In this document: positions 10,701 to 18,958 of the stretch, in pieces
How the letters are laid out: each line of letters starts with the position of its first letter
Numbering within the stretch: the stretch's first letter is position 1
Source of the DNA: Chloroflexota bacterium
GTDB taxonomy: Bacteria; Chloroflexota; Chloroflexia; QHBQ01
Length of the DNA: 64,000 nt
NCBI GenBank assembly: GCA_043754535.1
Contig: JAYUUN010000082.1
Span: 1 to 64,000, forward strand
Direction of reading: 5' to 3'
Translations under genes and position numbers: made by a program
Notes under the pieces: generated by a model
Databases searched by the model: none
Told to the model about the DNA's origin: nothing
What the model saw: the letters and a program-made list of their open reading frames with translations, nothing else

Positions 10701-11227
10701 CCTTCGACCGCTGGCTCGATCTTCAGGGCAGCCTGCGCGGAGATGCGATCCATAGCCTGGCTGAAGCTGACCGCTATCGGCTGGTGGGGGCGCACCAGGT
10801 CGTTGGTTGGCGCGGGGCTGATGCCCAACACTTTGGGCGCGCCAGTAATTACCTGCGTGGGGGGTCGGTCGGTAGCGGTCGGCTGCGACTGGGTATTGGT
10901 TGGCAGTAGGGCTACTGTCGTGCTACCCGCCGTGTTGGTTGCCGCAATTGGGCTGCTAGTGACCACAGGGCTACCGCCAGCGGTAGGGCTGCTGGCGAGG
11001 GCGAGGGGGGTGGGATTGCTGGTCGTCTTACCATTGTTGTTGAGGACGACAAAGGCCCCGACTGCGCTGATCAGCAGCACCGCTGCGACCACACCGAGGA
11101 TCAGCGGGTTGAAGCCGCCCCCTCCTGTGCCATTGCTAGTGCTGGTTGGCGGCAGTGGGGGGGGGACGGTTGACCCCGACAATTGGGTGTTCGGCTGGCT
11201 ACTATTCTCATTAGGCTGCTGGCTCAT
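4793..11227 (-). CDS. Bacterial alpha-2-macroglobulin family protein with N-terminal TM anchor and Ig-like (Big_5) repeats
   Basis: ATG 11227 with GGAGG; SDRPIYRP (MG2), VQEYRKPEY, LAVVDKAI, LPDNLTTW, PRFLTVGD, DPLPAGFE; Big_5-like VxFSQxMD/VFNQPMD repeats. Confidence 0.92.
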   Translation of the reverse strand: MSQQPNENSSQPNTQLSGSTVPPPLPPTSTSNGTGGGGFNPLILGVVAAVLLISAVGAFVVLNNNGKTTSNPTPLALASSPTAGGSPVVTSSPIAATNTAGSTTVALLPTNTQSQPTATDRPPTQVITGAPKVLGISPAPTNDLVRPHQPIAVSFSQAMDRISAQAALKIEPAVEGDYEWRTGLGGVETMLFTPRGAGFARSTAYKVSIGDGAKNIIAAAVLNPGQQRDFRTVGLPQVIRSGPANNATNVPLDASLSLQFDLQMVPLTTLNQQQDPNGKILIEPPTEGQFLWLGTSNLVFQPKNGLQGGATYRVTVGRQLTDIDGAGLAADYTFSFKTASPRVVYYYPSSTSADDNNPDYYPPTDQSSYSQSGYGGPGTSYSGNVTAAAPVIAVFNQPMDHPSTEAAFSLSPSSPGGFAWGPGVGSSEVMTFTPSVSLTLNTTYTVGIATSAKAVGGGQGLTTAKQWQFRTFPPLQVTNVDFSLGGIRVDFNNPVRPRTIKGNFQVSPGLPYSSTSIYGTGDYGADYFQISSRLDPSTKYSLTLSGDIVDVAGQRLQTPFNQSGTTPASPPATNILGATEKASFNAGQPTSIYVGSVNVKKLNYTLYQLNGAQMSSRIINYSVDNAASDLKPVRSWSQPVAAELNKGKAAKLTLSLDGKADRLPPGFYLFTVNVNPADSLVPVPKDSSGSPLQDRLLIVVSNNALTMKISNGQALVWAVNQNTGKPTAGLPIAFYRPADQNNPQPKQIGGGSTDQDGIFQLQAEEIQSYGGLVAISEGGGDMAAVSSFWNEGLNSSEFVLYRWDLGSKYPYHSNSGKYNAYVYSDRPIYRPNQDVDLKAILRLDNDAVYSLPQGVTAKMFVNDGNNDVYSQTIALSPQGTWEGKVTLGKDAKLGYYVARLQVQDSSAIGSTRQQEYYYNFSVQEYRKPEYEVTVKNDKRDYLNGDTIRSTVTAGYFFGGPVKGAKVTTRVTASDYYFSWSDPDTGDSYDFNDYDALYARRQGSSGNQIAARNFSTDASGKVAFETKADLSQVPVSQLYNIESSITDSSNQEVTSSDLVTVHKGAVYVGLRSDTYIASLNQPFSITIQTVDTAGKKAGNQQVQLTLASRTYENSQEKDEQGVSQYVYKPKDTQIEQLTVGTDGSGKGSHQFTVKNGGEYVVKALVRDAAGNEVSSATYVYASAGDGGSVSWQRDNSNRVTLVNDKKMYNVGDTAKILVTSPYTSATALLTTERGTIRTTRVVRLTNNSTVLEVPLPADSVPNLFVSLTLVNSLADGGEAPTFKQGYVELRLDSALKSLKIALTPDKQQYEPGQPVTYTVKTSDKDGKPVTADLSLAVVDKAIFSLADDTSGDMLTAFYGLRQLSINTSSSLAILRAQNTAYDRYAAPSAQAALASGGGGAKGGGGGEASTTVRTNLQDTAYWQGTVATDASGEAKVSFKLPDNLTTWRTTVRGVGGDTLVGEAQNEILVTKPLLVRPVLPRFLTVGDIAQPGMIIRNSTTSELTVDASLQITGTTFADGTSGMTSSGDNKQQTASQQVRVPAGGETKLEWAVKATDTRSAGFTLIARSQNNGPSDALQVVIPINPFVSGEVTADSGEISSEISRTVFIPFGIDTSIGSLKATVNASLAGSALDGADYTIYYPYDSTEQTVSRFLPLLTIQDTFKDAGQAGPYDKVLSDGMGLWVQRLYALQHQDGGWGMWEEENYSPSYPFLTAYALEGLLTAKSHGYTVDQGVLDRAVKYLRDSLDAKASTKDSPDIYGVGDLNSRAYILSTLLLVDGKDVGRLNQLAESASDQLNTFGRANLVIGLVRAKEMDRAKAALATLTAAAKLQSDTAHWEDDTASRYYYLNMDSDERSTAMAIRAILVVSPEDQLATQAVRWLMQHRSEGSHWSSTQASSQVIRALARYVAVKKELAANYNYTITLNDKPRSSGSFSSSNLTATQQLEVKISDMLVNAGNTILLSRDKQEGAMYYSLSLSYYEPAAGLVARSNGLGVSRAYYPEASNSQVVSTTAASNIVRVRLNLTVPQDSYYVTLEDPLPAGFEALNPDLNTTRSVGSGSDGGCFGPAAQGSRPVDYCRSYDGSQVKDDKVVYFATFLPAGTYQYEYSMRATTPGTYFALPARAYLLYAPSTFGRSDGGQFTISK

Positions 11228-11332
11228 CTGCGTTCCCTCCTGGCGGTTTATGCAGGTGCGACTGCGGTAAAGGTGCTGTAAAATACGACCAGACGCAAGC
11301 CGCCCAGCCATTCTTGTATGGTCACTACTGAT

Positions 11333-11361
11333 TAGACGCACAAAGGAACCAATTGGTTGCG
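11333..11361 (-). promoter_or_regulatory. Putative ECF-sigma promoter for A2M gene
   Basis: CGCAAC-N17-CGTCTA on minus strand. Confidence 0.45.
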
Positions 11362-11526
11362 GGGGGTTCAGTGCCGCTAATCACCGACATTATAGCACAA
11401 TGCTATAAAGCTGTACAACTGGCTGCTGTCCAGGCTGGTTTAGGTTTAGGGTGCGCAGGCTACCAGCGGTGGGCAGCAAAAAGCTCCCGCCGCTAACGGA
11501 AGCTCAAGCCTTGTTATGGATACTGG

Positions 11527-11856
11527 CTAGTACTGTTCGGCGGCAGCTTTGGATAGCAGTTCAGTGGCTTCTGCCCGCACCTGGCGAGCAGACTGGCCCT
11601 CCTCGACCGCATCATCCAGCAGTTCGCCAACTTGCATTGTGATGTTGGTGCTGTCCAGCATACGATCCACCTGGCCCACTATCTGCTCACGCAGCTTGCC
11701 AGCCGCCACCCCGACGGCGGCATCTATCTCCAGTACCGCCTGCTCTGGCTTTACACCCAGTTGGTTGAAGCTGATCATTGCCAGCTTCATCATCTCGTAG
11801 GCCCCGCGCTCAAGGCAGTGGCGTATCTTGATTCGCTCGATTTCTACGTCAGTCAT
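11527..11856 (-). CDS. Hypothetical helical protein
   Basis: 109-aa ORF with GAGG upstream. Confidence 0.6.
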   Translation of the reverse strand: MTDVEIERIKIRHCLERGAYEMMKLAMISFNQLGVKPEQAVLEIDAAVGVAAGKLREQIVGQVDRMLDSTNITMQVGELLDDAVEEGQSARQVRAEATELLSKAAAEQY

Positions 11857-11980
11857 TATTAACCCTCACAACGTTTGATGTTACAACCGCTGTGCAAGTG
11901 ACCGCAACAATCATGCCAACTGAGTGCCTCAAGGGGTAGTTGGCTGAATCCAGATTAGCAAAAATCGGATGTCGCAGATG

Positions 11981-12247
11981 CTAACTAGGGTTGGAGTCGC
12001 TGCCGCTGCGCTCTGGGCCGTCCTCGGCGCGGCGTTCGCTGGTGTGGGAGCGCGTGTCGGTAATCGTCTCGTTACCCTGCTCCTGAGCTGGGCCATCGTT
12101 GCTCCGCCCCTCGCGGGTAGCCTGTTCGCGGTTCTTCTTCTTCTGCACCGAGCCAGTGGTAATCTCTGTGGTCTTGCTGGGGTTGTTGTTGCTGCGCGAA
12201 ACGTCACCGTCGTTTGCGTCACCGTGATGCTGGCCTTGCTTTGCCAT
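11981..12247 (-). CDS. Small hydrophilic, probably disordered protein
   Basis: AAGGAG RBS before ATG; highly charged/polar 88 aa; downstream hairpin GCCAACT...AGTTGGC. Confidence 0.65.
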   Translation of the reverse strand: MAKQGQHHGDANDGDVSRSNNNPSKTTEITTGSVQKKKNREQATREGRSNDGPAQEQGNETITDTRSHTSERRAEDGPERSGSDSNPS

Positions 12248-12483
12248 CTGATCTTCTCCTTGTGTAAATTGGCTATTATCTATTCGGCAAGCAGTACCAA
12301 GGCAAATAGCGTGCCAGCCTATACCACGCTGGCCTGGCCCTCTCCACCGCTGGCAGCCCCTTCTTTAGAAGTATCTTAGGTTGGGGTGCGGGCTAATTGT
12401 TGACATGAGCAGGGGTTCGGTGCTACCATTTCCTACACAGAACTTTCCAAACGAAAAGCAGCATAGACAGGTGGGTTAGGACG

Positions 12484-14127
12484 ATGAAAAGTAGCACGTT
12501 GGGTTTGGATTTGGGGGCTGTTCTATTGGGCTACCGCGAGGAGATAGCGGCGGGCTGGGTGCGGCTGTTGTTCCAAATTGGGGGGGCAGGCGGCGAAGGC
12601 CCAGCCTACAGCAGGCTCGCCCCAGTTGCGCTGACGGCTAACTGCCGCGAGGGGGTAGCTGCCGCCGCCAACTACTTCAAACGCGATAGCTACACCGCGA
12701 TGGAGCAGTATGTGGATGCGGTTTGCACTGAGCGGGTATTGGCGGGCTTCGGGGTAGCCGAAGTGATTGAGGCGTTCCTTGCGCTCAAGCAGGCGGCCCA
12801 GCCGGTGGTCTGGCGTGAGGCGCAGTGGGAGCGCACCATAGCTCTGGCGGCGATGGCCGACCTCGACGACCTGCTCAACTGGGCTGTGATTCGGGTCAGC
12901 AACCGCTACGCCCGCCAACTGAATGCCCTGCTAGCGGCCCAGGTTAGCGAGCTTGAGCAGCAGCAGCGCGAGTTGGAGCGGCGGGTGCGCGAGATCAGTG
13001 CGCTCAACCAGACAGCGGCTCTGCTCAACTCTAGCCTAGACCTGCGCCAGGTACTCGACCTGATCCTCGAATCGCTGCGCCAGGTAGTTAGCTACGACAG
13101 TGCGCGCATCCTCCTGGTAGAGGAGAACGAGGGGGAGAAGCTGCGCGTGGTGGCGGCGCAGGGTGATGCAGAGCAAACCATTGGCGACGTGATACCGATC
13201 AAGCCCGAGTCGGTCTTCCAGACCCTCAGCAGCAAGGATGTTCCCTACGTGATCACCGAGGTGGGCGGCGAAGATAGCGCGATTGGCAAGGACTGCTACT
13301 GGCTGGGCCTCAACCTGGTGGTCAAGGCCGAGCGCATTGGCCTGCTGATCCTCTACTGCCTCAAGTCTGGCGACCCCTTCACCGAACGCGACGGCGAAAC
13401 GCTGCACGCCTTCGCCAACCAGGCGGCCACCGCCATCGCCAACGCCCGACTCTACGCTCGCAGCAGTGCGCTAGCCAGCCTGGAGGAGCGCAATCGCCTG
13501 AGCCGCGAGTTGCACGACTCGGCTTCGCAATCCCTGTTCAGCCTTGTCTTGCAGGCGACCGCTGCCAACACCCTCCTTGAGCAGAAACGCTATGCCGACA
13601 CCCACAGCAAGCTAACTACTTTGCAGGAGACCGCCAGTGCAGCCTTGCAGGAAATGCGTTCGGTGATCTTCCAGCTACGCCCGGCCCGCCTGGAGGATGC
13701 GGGGTTGGCGACCGCCTTGCAGCAGCACGTGCAGGAGGTATCCACTCGCAACGCAATAGAGGTTTCTTACTGTGGTGAAGCAGTGCCACGCTTGCCTTTG
13801 GAGACGGAGAACGCCCTATTCCGCATTGGTCAAGAGGCAGTCGCCAATGTTGTCAAGCACTCGCGGGCCAACCACCTCTGGGTCTCCCTCTACTGCGACG
13901 AGGGCCACCTGGTGCTGGAAGTGGTAGACAATGGCATTGGCATTAGCAGCGCACAGGCGCAGGAGGATGAGCAGCAGGGCAGCCATCGCCGCAGCCTCGG
14001 TATGACCTCGATGCGCGAACGTGCTGCCCTGCTAGGTGGCAGCATCTGGATTGGCCCCCGCGACGAAGGTGGCACGCGCATAGAAGTACGGGTGCCACTA
14101 GCAACCACGGCCATCGACCCGGCCTAA
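12484..14127 (+). CDS. Cytoplasmic sensor histidine kinase (RsbRD_N-like + GAF + HisKA_3 + HATPase)
   Basis: EERNRLSRELHD H-box, QEAVANVVKH N-box, DNGIG, GMTSMRERA; GAF with FANQAATAIANARL. Confidence 0.9.
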   Translation: MKSSTLGLDLGAVLLGYREEIAAGWVRLLFQIGGAGGEGPAYSRLAPVALTANCREGVAAAANYFKRDSYTAMEQYVDAVCTERVLAGFGVAEVIEAFLALKQAAQPVVWREAQWERTIALAAMADLDDLLNWAVIRVSNRYARQLNALLAAQVSELEQQQRELERRVREISALNQTAALLNSSLDLRQVLDLILESLRQVVSYDSARILLVEENEGEKLRVVAAQGDAEQTIGDVIPIKPESVFQTLSSKDVPYVITEVGGEDSAIGKDCYWLGLNLVVKAERIGLLILYCLKSGDPFTERDGETLHAFANQAATAIANARLYARSSALASLEERNRLSRELHDSASQSLFSLVLQATAANTLLEQKRYADTHSKLTTLQETASAALQEMRSVIFQLRPARLEDAGLATALQQHVQEVSTRNAIEVSYCGEAVPRLPLETENALFRIGQEAVANVVKHSRANHLWVSLYCDEGHLVLEVVDNGIGISSAQAQEDEQQGSHRRSLGMTSMRERAALLGGSIWIGPRDEGGTRIEVRVPLATTAIDPA

Positions 14128-14732
14128 ACTACGGGCCGCTTTAGCTCGAACTGGTCGTTGGTGCGACTATAGCCATCGCCAGCCATGCGGCCAATCGCGT
14201 GTAGGGCTTGCTGGTCAACCCGCCCAGCCTGGTAGAGTTGCTCGGCAATCCGGAAGTGGACGATCTCACCGATTACAATGCTAGCGATGCTGGGCGCGTT
14301 GCCTACGGTGACGATCTGGTGCAACTTGCACTCCATTGCGGTCAACGACTCGGCGACGCGGGGCGGGCGCACGACCACGCTGGGGGCTGCGGTCAGCCCG
14401 GCAATGGCGAACTCGTCGTTGTCGGGTGGGTAGTCGCCGCTGGTCAGGTTCATCTGGCTGGCGATCTCCTCACTCACGCTGCACACCACAAACTCGCGGG
14501 TCTGCTCGATGTTCCGCAGCGTATCCTTCGGCTGCCCTTTGCGGGCGATGATGGAGAAGCAGAGCATGGGCGGATCCTGGCCCACGCCCGTGAAGAAACT
14601 GAAGGGGGCAAGATTGACCTGGCCCGCAGCGGAGATGGTGGAGACGAAGGCGATGGCGCGTGGAACAATGATGCCGATCATCAGCTTGTAAGCGTCCCGC
14701 GCCGCCAGTTCTGCTGCCGACAACTCGATCAC
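14124..14732 (-). CDS. Flavin reductase-like family protein
   Basis: VPRAIAFVST, NLAPFSFF, KDTLRNI, PPRVAES, GRMAG. Confidence 0.9.
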   Translation of the reverse strand: MIELSAAELAARDAYKLMIGIIVPRAIAFVSTISAAGQVNLAPFSFFTGVGQDPPMLCFSIIARKGQPKDTLRNIEQTREFVVCSVSEEIASQMNLTSGDYPPDNDEFAIAGLTAAPSVVVRPPRVAESLTAMECKLHQIVTVGNAPSIASIVIGEIVHFRIAEQLYQAGRVDQQALHAIGRMAGDGYSRTNDQFELKRPVV

Positions 14733-15211
14733 CGGCCCTCCTCCTTCGCGTCTTCAGCCAGCATCTCTGCGCTCATCGCGTCAGCGCGCTGGGCGGTCAG
14801 GACGTTGAGCCGCTGCTGGTTCTCGTTTAGGTAGCGCATGGAGAAGGCAGAGCCGAGGAACAGGACGGGCATTGCCACCCCCCAGCCTAGCAAGCAGCCG
14901 AGAGCAAACTGGTTGAAGAACGCGCCGAGGATGCCTGCGATCAGGAAGGCCGCCAGGCTGACGCGTAGTGCGCCGAAGCTGATGCTGGCACAGCCACCCT
15001 GCTGGATACGCTCGTTGGTGGCAATCTCGGCATTAAGCTCCTGCACATCGTCCAGCAGCACACTGAGGGTCATCGTGCCGCCATGCTTCTCCACGGTGTA
15101 CTCACTGCCGCAGCGGGTGCAAGCCACCATCTTTGCGTCGGTTGGTACGACCAGCCGCCGCCCGCAAGTGCTGCACCGCAAACGCACCAGGTCGGACTCG
15201 CCCATCCCCAT
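14729..15211 (-). CDS. Zn-ribbon + two-TM hypothetical protein
   Basis: CSTC...CTRC then two hydrophobic helices; overlaps flavin reductase start. Confidence 0.65.
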   Translation of the reverse strand: MGMGESDLVRLRCSTCGRRLVVPTDAKMVACTRCGSEYTVEKHGGTMTLSVLLDDVQELNAEIATNERIQQGGCASISFGALRVSLAAFLIAGILGAFFNQFALGCLLGWGVAMPVLFLGSAFSMRYLNENQQRLNVLTAQRADAMSAEMLAEDAKEEGR

Positions 15212-15336
15212 CGTCGTCGTTCCCCTGTCTGGATGTGATGGGCAATTATACCACACGATGGACAAAAGGCACGAGCCAGCTAATGGGGTTATGTCCCCCG
15301 TCACCCGGCTCGTGCTGCTTACTTGTAGGCTACTGG

Positions 15337-15754
15337 CTACTGGGTCAAGCCCAGGTAGAGTATCTTGCTGATCTGGCCGCGGGTGACGCTGCTGTTCGGC
15401 GCGAAGTGGGTGGGGTCAGTGCCGTTGACTACCCCTCGATTGTAAGCCGTCTCCACTGCGTTGTAGAAGAAACTGCTGGCTGGCACGTCGCTGAAGTGCG
15501 GCGTGGTTGGGTTGACGATAGCCCAGCCCAGCCCAGCCAGCGGTAGCCGAGGTCATCTTCACGCTGTTGTACAAGGGGTAGTCGTTGTGCCAGGCGGGTG
15601 GGTCGGCCACCTGCGGGCTACTCTGCTGCTTGCTTGCAGGGCTGGCTGGTTGATCGGTAGCTGGGCCATTGCTGGCGGCGGCATGGTTGCTGCCACTGAG
15701 TAGCAGGACGATCACAAGCAGGGCTAGTAGCCTGCTGAAACGGTTGCTGGACAT
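15337..15754 (-). pseudogene. Disrupted secreted S-layer-homology (SLH) protein
   Basis: Signal peptide + ...SATAGWA in one frame; SLH domain GWAIVNPTTPHFSDVPASSFFYNAVETAYNRGVVNG...FAPNSSVTRGQISKILY* in another; switch at (TGGGC)x3. Confidence 0.8.
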
Positions 15755-15894
15755 GATTACTCACTCCATAGTTTTCACACTAACAGACTCTACTGCTATA
15801 CATCCGCAGCCGCTCTGCTTCAACAGTTCGCCAAATGAAATGAGCTACCCCGTGCTGGGTAGCTCATCTACTGCGCTATGTTGGCTGCTAGAGG

Positions 15895-16524
15895 TTAGTG
15901 GAGGGGGCCGTCGTGCAGCTTGCTGGTTGGCAGGTCGCCAGTCGAGCTTGCGCCGCTGCCTTCGCCGCTGCCACTATCCTGGTCGAGCGCGCCCGCATCC
16001 ATGTGGCTAGTCTGCCCCTCGTTGCCCGGCAATGTCAGTTGCAACGGCTCTATGATGTCGCTGGTATCGCCGCTAGCAGGCGAAGAAGCAGTTGCGCTTG
16101 CGCTGCCAGTGCGAGCCTGCTCTGCCATGCGGCTGATGCCGTTCGCCAGCTCGCTAATCGCCCCGGTCAGACGGCTAGAGAGGTCGTGCATCACTGGGTG
16201 TTCGGCGACTTTGTTGGCCTGCTCCTGCACGGTCTTGGCTGCTTCGCTCTTGCTGAGGTTCTGTGCGCCTTGACTCACTTGCTCGGCGAGGTTCTGCACC
16301 CCGCTGGCGAACTCCTGTTGCAGCTTGCGAACGCGCTCGTTCTCGCCAACAGCACGGAACAGTTCGGCGATCTGGTGGCCGACTTCGCGGAAGGCACCAG
16401 CCAGGTCGTTCTCGGTGGGGCTGACCTCGGAGCTATGCTGCGTGCCAGCCTGCGATTGGCTCTCGCTAGTAGTAAGGGCAGTGTTGATTTCGCTCTGCTT
16501 CTGATTATCGTTGTCCATTGTCAT
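15895..16524 (-). CDS. Hypothetical protein (helical core, disordered ends)
   Basis: 209-aa ORF, GAGGAG RBS. Confidence 0.7.
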   Translation of the reverse strand: MTMDNDNQKQSEINTALTTSESQSQAGTQHSSEVSPTENDLAGAFREVGHQIAELFRAVGENERVRKLQQEFASGVQNLAEQVSQGAQNLSKSEAAKTVQEQANKVAEHPVMHDLSSRLTGAISELANGISRMAEQARTGSASATASSPASGDTSDIIEPLQLTLPGNEGQTSHMDAGALDQDSGSGEGSGASSTGDLPTSKLHDGPLH

Positions 16525-16643
16525 GGTCTCCTCGTTTGGCTAAGGTTAATTGGTAAGCTCTGCTGGGCCGCACATCAGCGCAAGAGTAGAAGCGGCCTCA
16601 TCTGTTATAACAGGGAACCGACAGCGATTGTTTCGTCGCCAGG

Positions 16644-18239
16644 TCAGCCCACCTTCACTTCAATCGAGTGGTAGCCAGAGGAGCCAGAAGGGTAGGGTTC
16701 GGCAAGGGTGGAGGTCTGCAACTCGCCCGCGCCGTCGGTGGCCCGCACCAGCACTTTGTAGCGGCCAGCAACAGCCTGCCACTGGTATCGCCAGATCACC
16801 CAACTGAACATCGAAAGCGGCTTCTTCACCTCAGCGGCCTGCCAGTTTGCTCCACCATCGAGGCTAACCTCTACCTTGCTGATGCTGCGGTCGCCTGCCG
16901 AAGCGGTGCCGCCCAGGATGATGGGGCCAAGCGGCTGGCTACTGCGGTCGGCGGGGGTGGTGAGTCGCGAGTTGACCTTGACGCGGGCGGTGTCGTCCCA
17001 GCCTTGCGACTGCCAGTAACCCTTGTAGTCGCTGTTGGCAAGCTCAATACGGGTGATCCACTTGATGTTCTTCATGCCATAGATACCGGGGACGAGCAGG
17101 CGCAGCGGTGCGCCATGATCGGGGCGCAAGGGTTCACCATTCATCTCGTAGGCCAGGAGGTTGTAGTCGTGGCGGGCGGTGTCCAGGGTAATGCTGTCGG
17201 TGTAGCCGTCGCTGGCGTGTAGGATCACCTCGGTTGCGCCACTCTGCACCTGCGCCTTGTCGAGCAGGTCGAGCAGGCGCACACCACGCCACTGAGCATT
17301 GCCAGTCAGGTCGCCGCCAACAGGATTGCTGATGCAACTGAGAGTCACGTACTGCGCTGCCGCTGGCAACCCCTTGACCGCCGCTAGGTCGAGGCTGTAC
17401 GGCTTGTCCACCAACCCGTCAACGGTCAATATCCAACTGCGGCTATCTACTACCGGGTCGAGGAAGTTCTTGGAGATTTTGTAGAATTGGTCGGTGGCGG
17501 TCACTTCGGCGACCTCACCTACTGGCCCGCTAGTTACTGGCCCGCCCGCCACGTATCGCCACGCTCCCCAGCCAACAACGAACGCCCCTGCGACATAAGC
17601 AGCCCGTTGCAGGAGAACACGCCGCTGCGGATTAGGTGCAAGAGCAGGAGCAGTCTGGTAGAGGCGGCTGGCGATGCGGTTTTGCAAGCTGATGTGAAAG
17701 AGGAAGGTCAGCACGATGCCGTAGCTGAGGTAGAGGGGTAGTGAAAACAAGGGAAAGAGCGGCAAGCCGCTGAATGTTTCGCTGCCAAAGAAGCCCCAGC
17801 CGAGCAGCGGCACGACCACACCCATCACCACCAGCCAGATCGCCCCACCAAAAGCCAGGGCGTTGCGCCACAGCCTGCCTTCGCTGAACGCCTGAGCGGG
17901 ATAGCTATCCTTCGCTGGGACAGCCCGGCTGTCGGTGCCAAACAGGCGGTTGTAGAGCAGGCCCAGCAAACCCCCCACCACTAGCGTCTGCACCAGCACC
18001 ATCACCAGCAGGGTGCCGCGCTTGGCAACCCCCTGGAAGGTATCGATGATGCTGCTGACCGCTTGACCGCCCAGGAGGGTGCGCAGCCGCTCAAAGACCA
18101 GTTCTGGCAGGCTTTGCAGCCCCGCCAACCGCAGCATCAGCATCAGGAAACCAAAAGCCACTGCCGCAATTACTCCACTACGGAAGGCCAGCCAGCCCAC
18201 CTCGCGCCTGCTCAAAGTTGTGCCGCCAATATTGATCAC
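16644..18239 (-). CDS. Membrane-anchored molybdopterin-dependent oxidoreductase (sulfite oxidase family)
   Basis: N-terminal TMs; TLSCISN (Mo-ligand Cys), GNAQWRGV, DGYTDSI, HGAPLRL.VPG.YGMKNIKW, VEVSLDGG, VRATDG. Confidence 0.92.
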   Translation of the reverse strand: MINIGGTTLSRREVGWLAFRSGVIAAVAFGFLMLMLRLAGLQSLPELVFERLRTLLGGQAVSSIIDTFQGVAKRGTLLVMVLVQTLVVGGLLGLLYNRLFGTDSRAVPAKDSYPAQAFSEGRLWRNALAFGGAIWLVVMGVVVPLLGWGFFGSETFSGLPLFPLFSLPLYLSYGIVLTFLFHISLQNRIASRLYQTAPALAPNPQRRVLLQRAAYVAGAFVVGWGAWRYVAGGPVTSGPVGEVAEVTATDQFYKISKNFLDPVVDSRSWILTVDGLVDKPYSLDLAAVKGLPAAAQYVTLSCISNPVGGDLTGNAQWRGVRLLDLLDKAQVQSGATEVILHASDGYTDSITLDTARHDYNLLAYEMNGEPLRPDHGAPLRLLVPGIYGMKNIKWITRIELANSDYKGYWQSQGWDDTARVKVNSRLTTPADRSSQPLGPIILGGTASAGDRSISKVEVSLDGGANWQAAEVKKPLSMFSWVIWRYQWQAVAGRYKVLVRATDGAGELQTSTLAEPYPSGSSGYHSIEVKVG

Positions 18240-18256
18240 TTGGTCACCCCCATTTC

Positions 18257-18745
18257 TCAGCCCCCATAGTGCCAGCCGCTATCTGCCAGCCTGATCGCTT
18301 CACCAGGGCGGTGTACGCCTGCACCAACCACTTCACCAATGTAGAAGGTATGGTCGCCAGTAGCAATCGCCTGCACCACCCGGCACTCGAACCAGGAGAG
18401 AGCCTCCTTGAGGATCGGTGCGCCAGTGCTGGCTGTATAATAGTCACTCGCACCCTCTGCGCTACCCAACTTCACGCCCACACGCCGATGCGGTTTGATG
18501 AAGCGGGTCAGCAAACCCTTGCCGTCCTGCCCGATCAGGTTGACGCTGAACACCCCCCCAGCGTCGATCAGTTGGCGGCTGTACGAGCTGTTCTGGCACG
18601 CAATACCAACCAGCGGTGGGTCGAACGAAAGTTGGGTCAGCCAATTGAGGGTCATGCCGTTGATCTCGTCACCTGCCGCCGAGCCAACCACGTAGAGGCC
18701 GTAGCTGATCTGGTTGAGGGCAGTACCCTTTGCTTCTTCATCCAT
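18257..18745 (-). CDS. Flavin reductase family protein
   Basis: YGLYVVG, WLTQLSFDPPL, TGAPIL, GDHTFYIGEV. Confidence 0.9.
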   Translation of the reverse strand: MDEEAKGTALNQISYGLYVVGSAAGDEINGMTLNWLTQLSFDPPLVGIACQNSSYSRQLIDAGGVFSVNLIGQDGKGLLTRFIKPHRRVGVKLGSAEGASDYYTASTGAPILKEALSWFECRVVQAIATGDHTFYIGEVVGAGVHRPGEAIRLADSGWHYGG

Positions 18746-18958
18746 TACCCGACTCCCCCTGGCTAAACCAAAAGAGCAAGCGGCTTGCCTGCTCCCATTG
18801 TACATCATGCGCTCAGTGGCTGCCAGCAGCCCAACGATACTCTCTGCAACCGACTACTATCAAGGAGCGAAGATCGCAGCGAGGTAGGGCGTGGCTGCGG
18901 TGGTGTAGAACCCCCACACTGTCAGCTCCACCAGCCAGCTTTGGCCGCCCGCCAGCCC

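Noticed and set aside
11228..11341. ORF-track N-terminal extension of A2M
   Set aside because: Strong RBS precedes ATG 11227; the upstream part overlaps the promoter region
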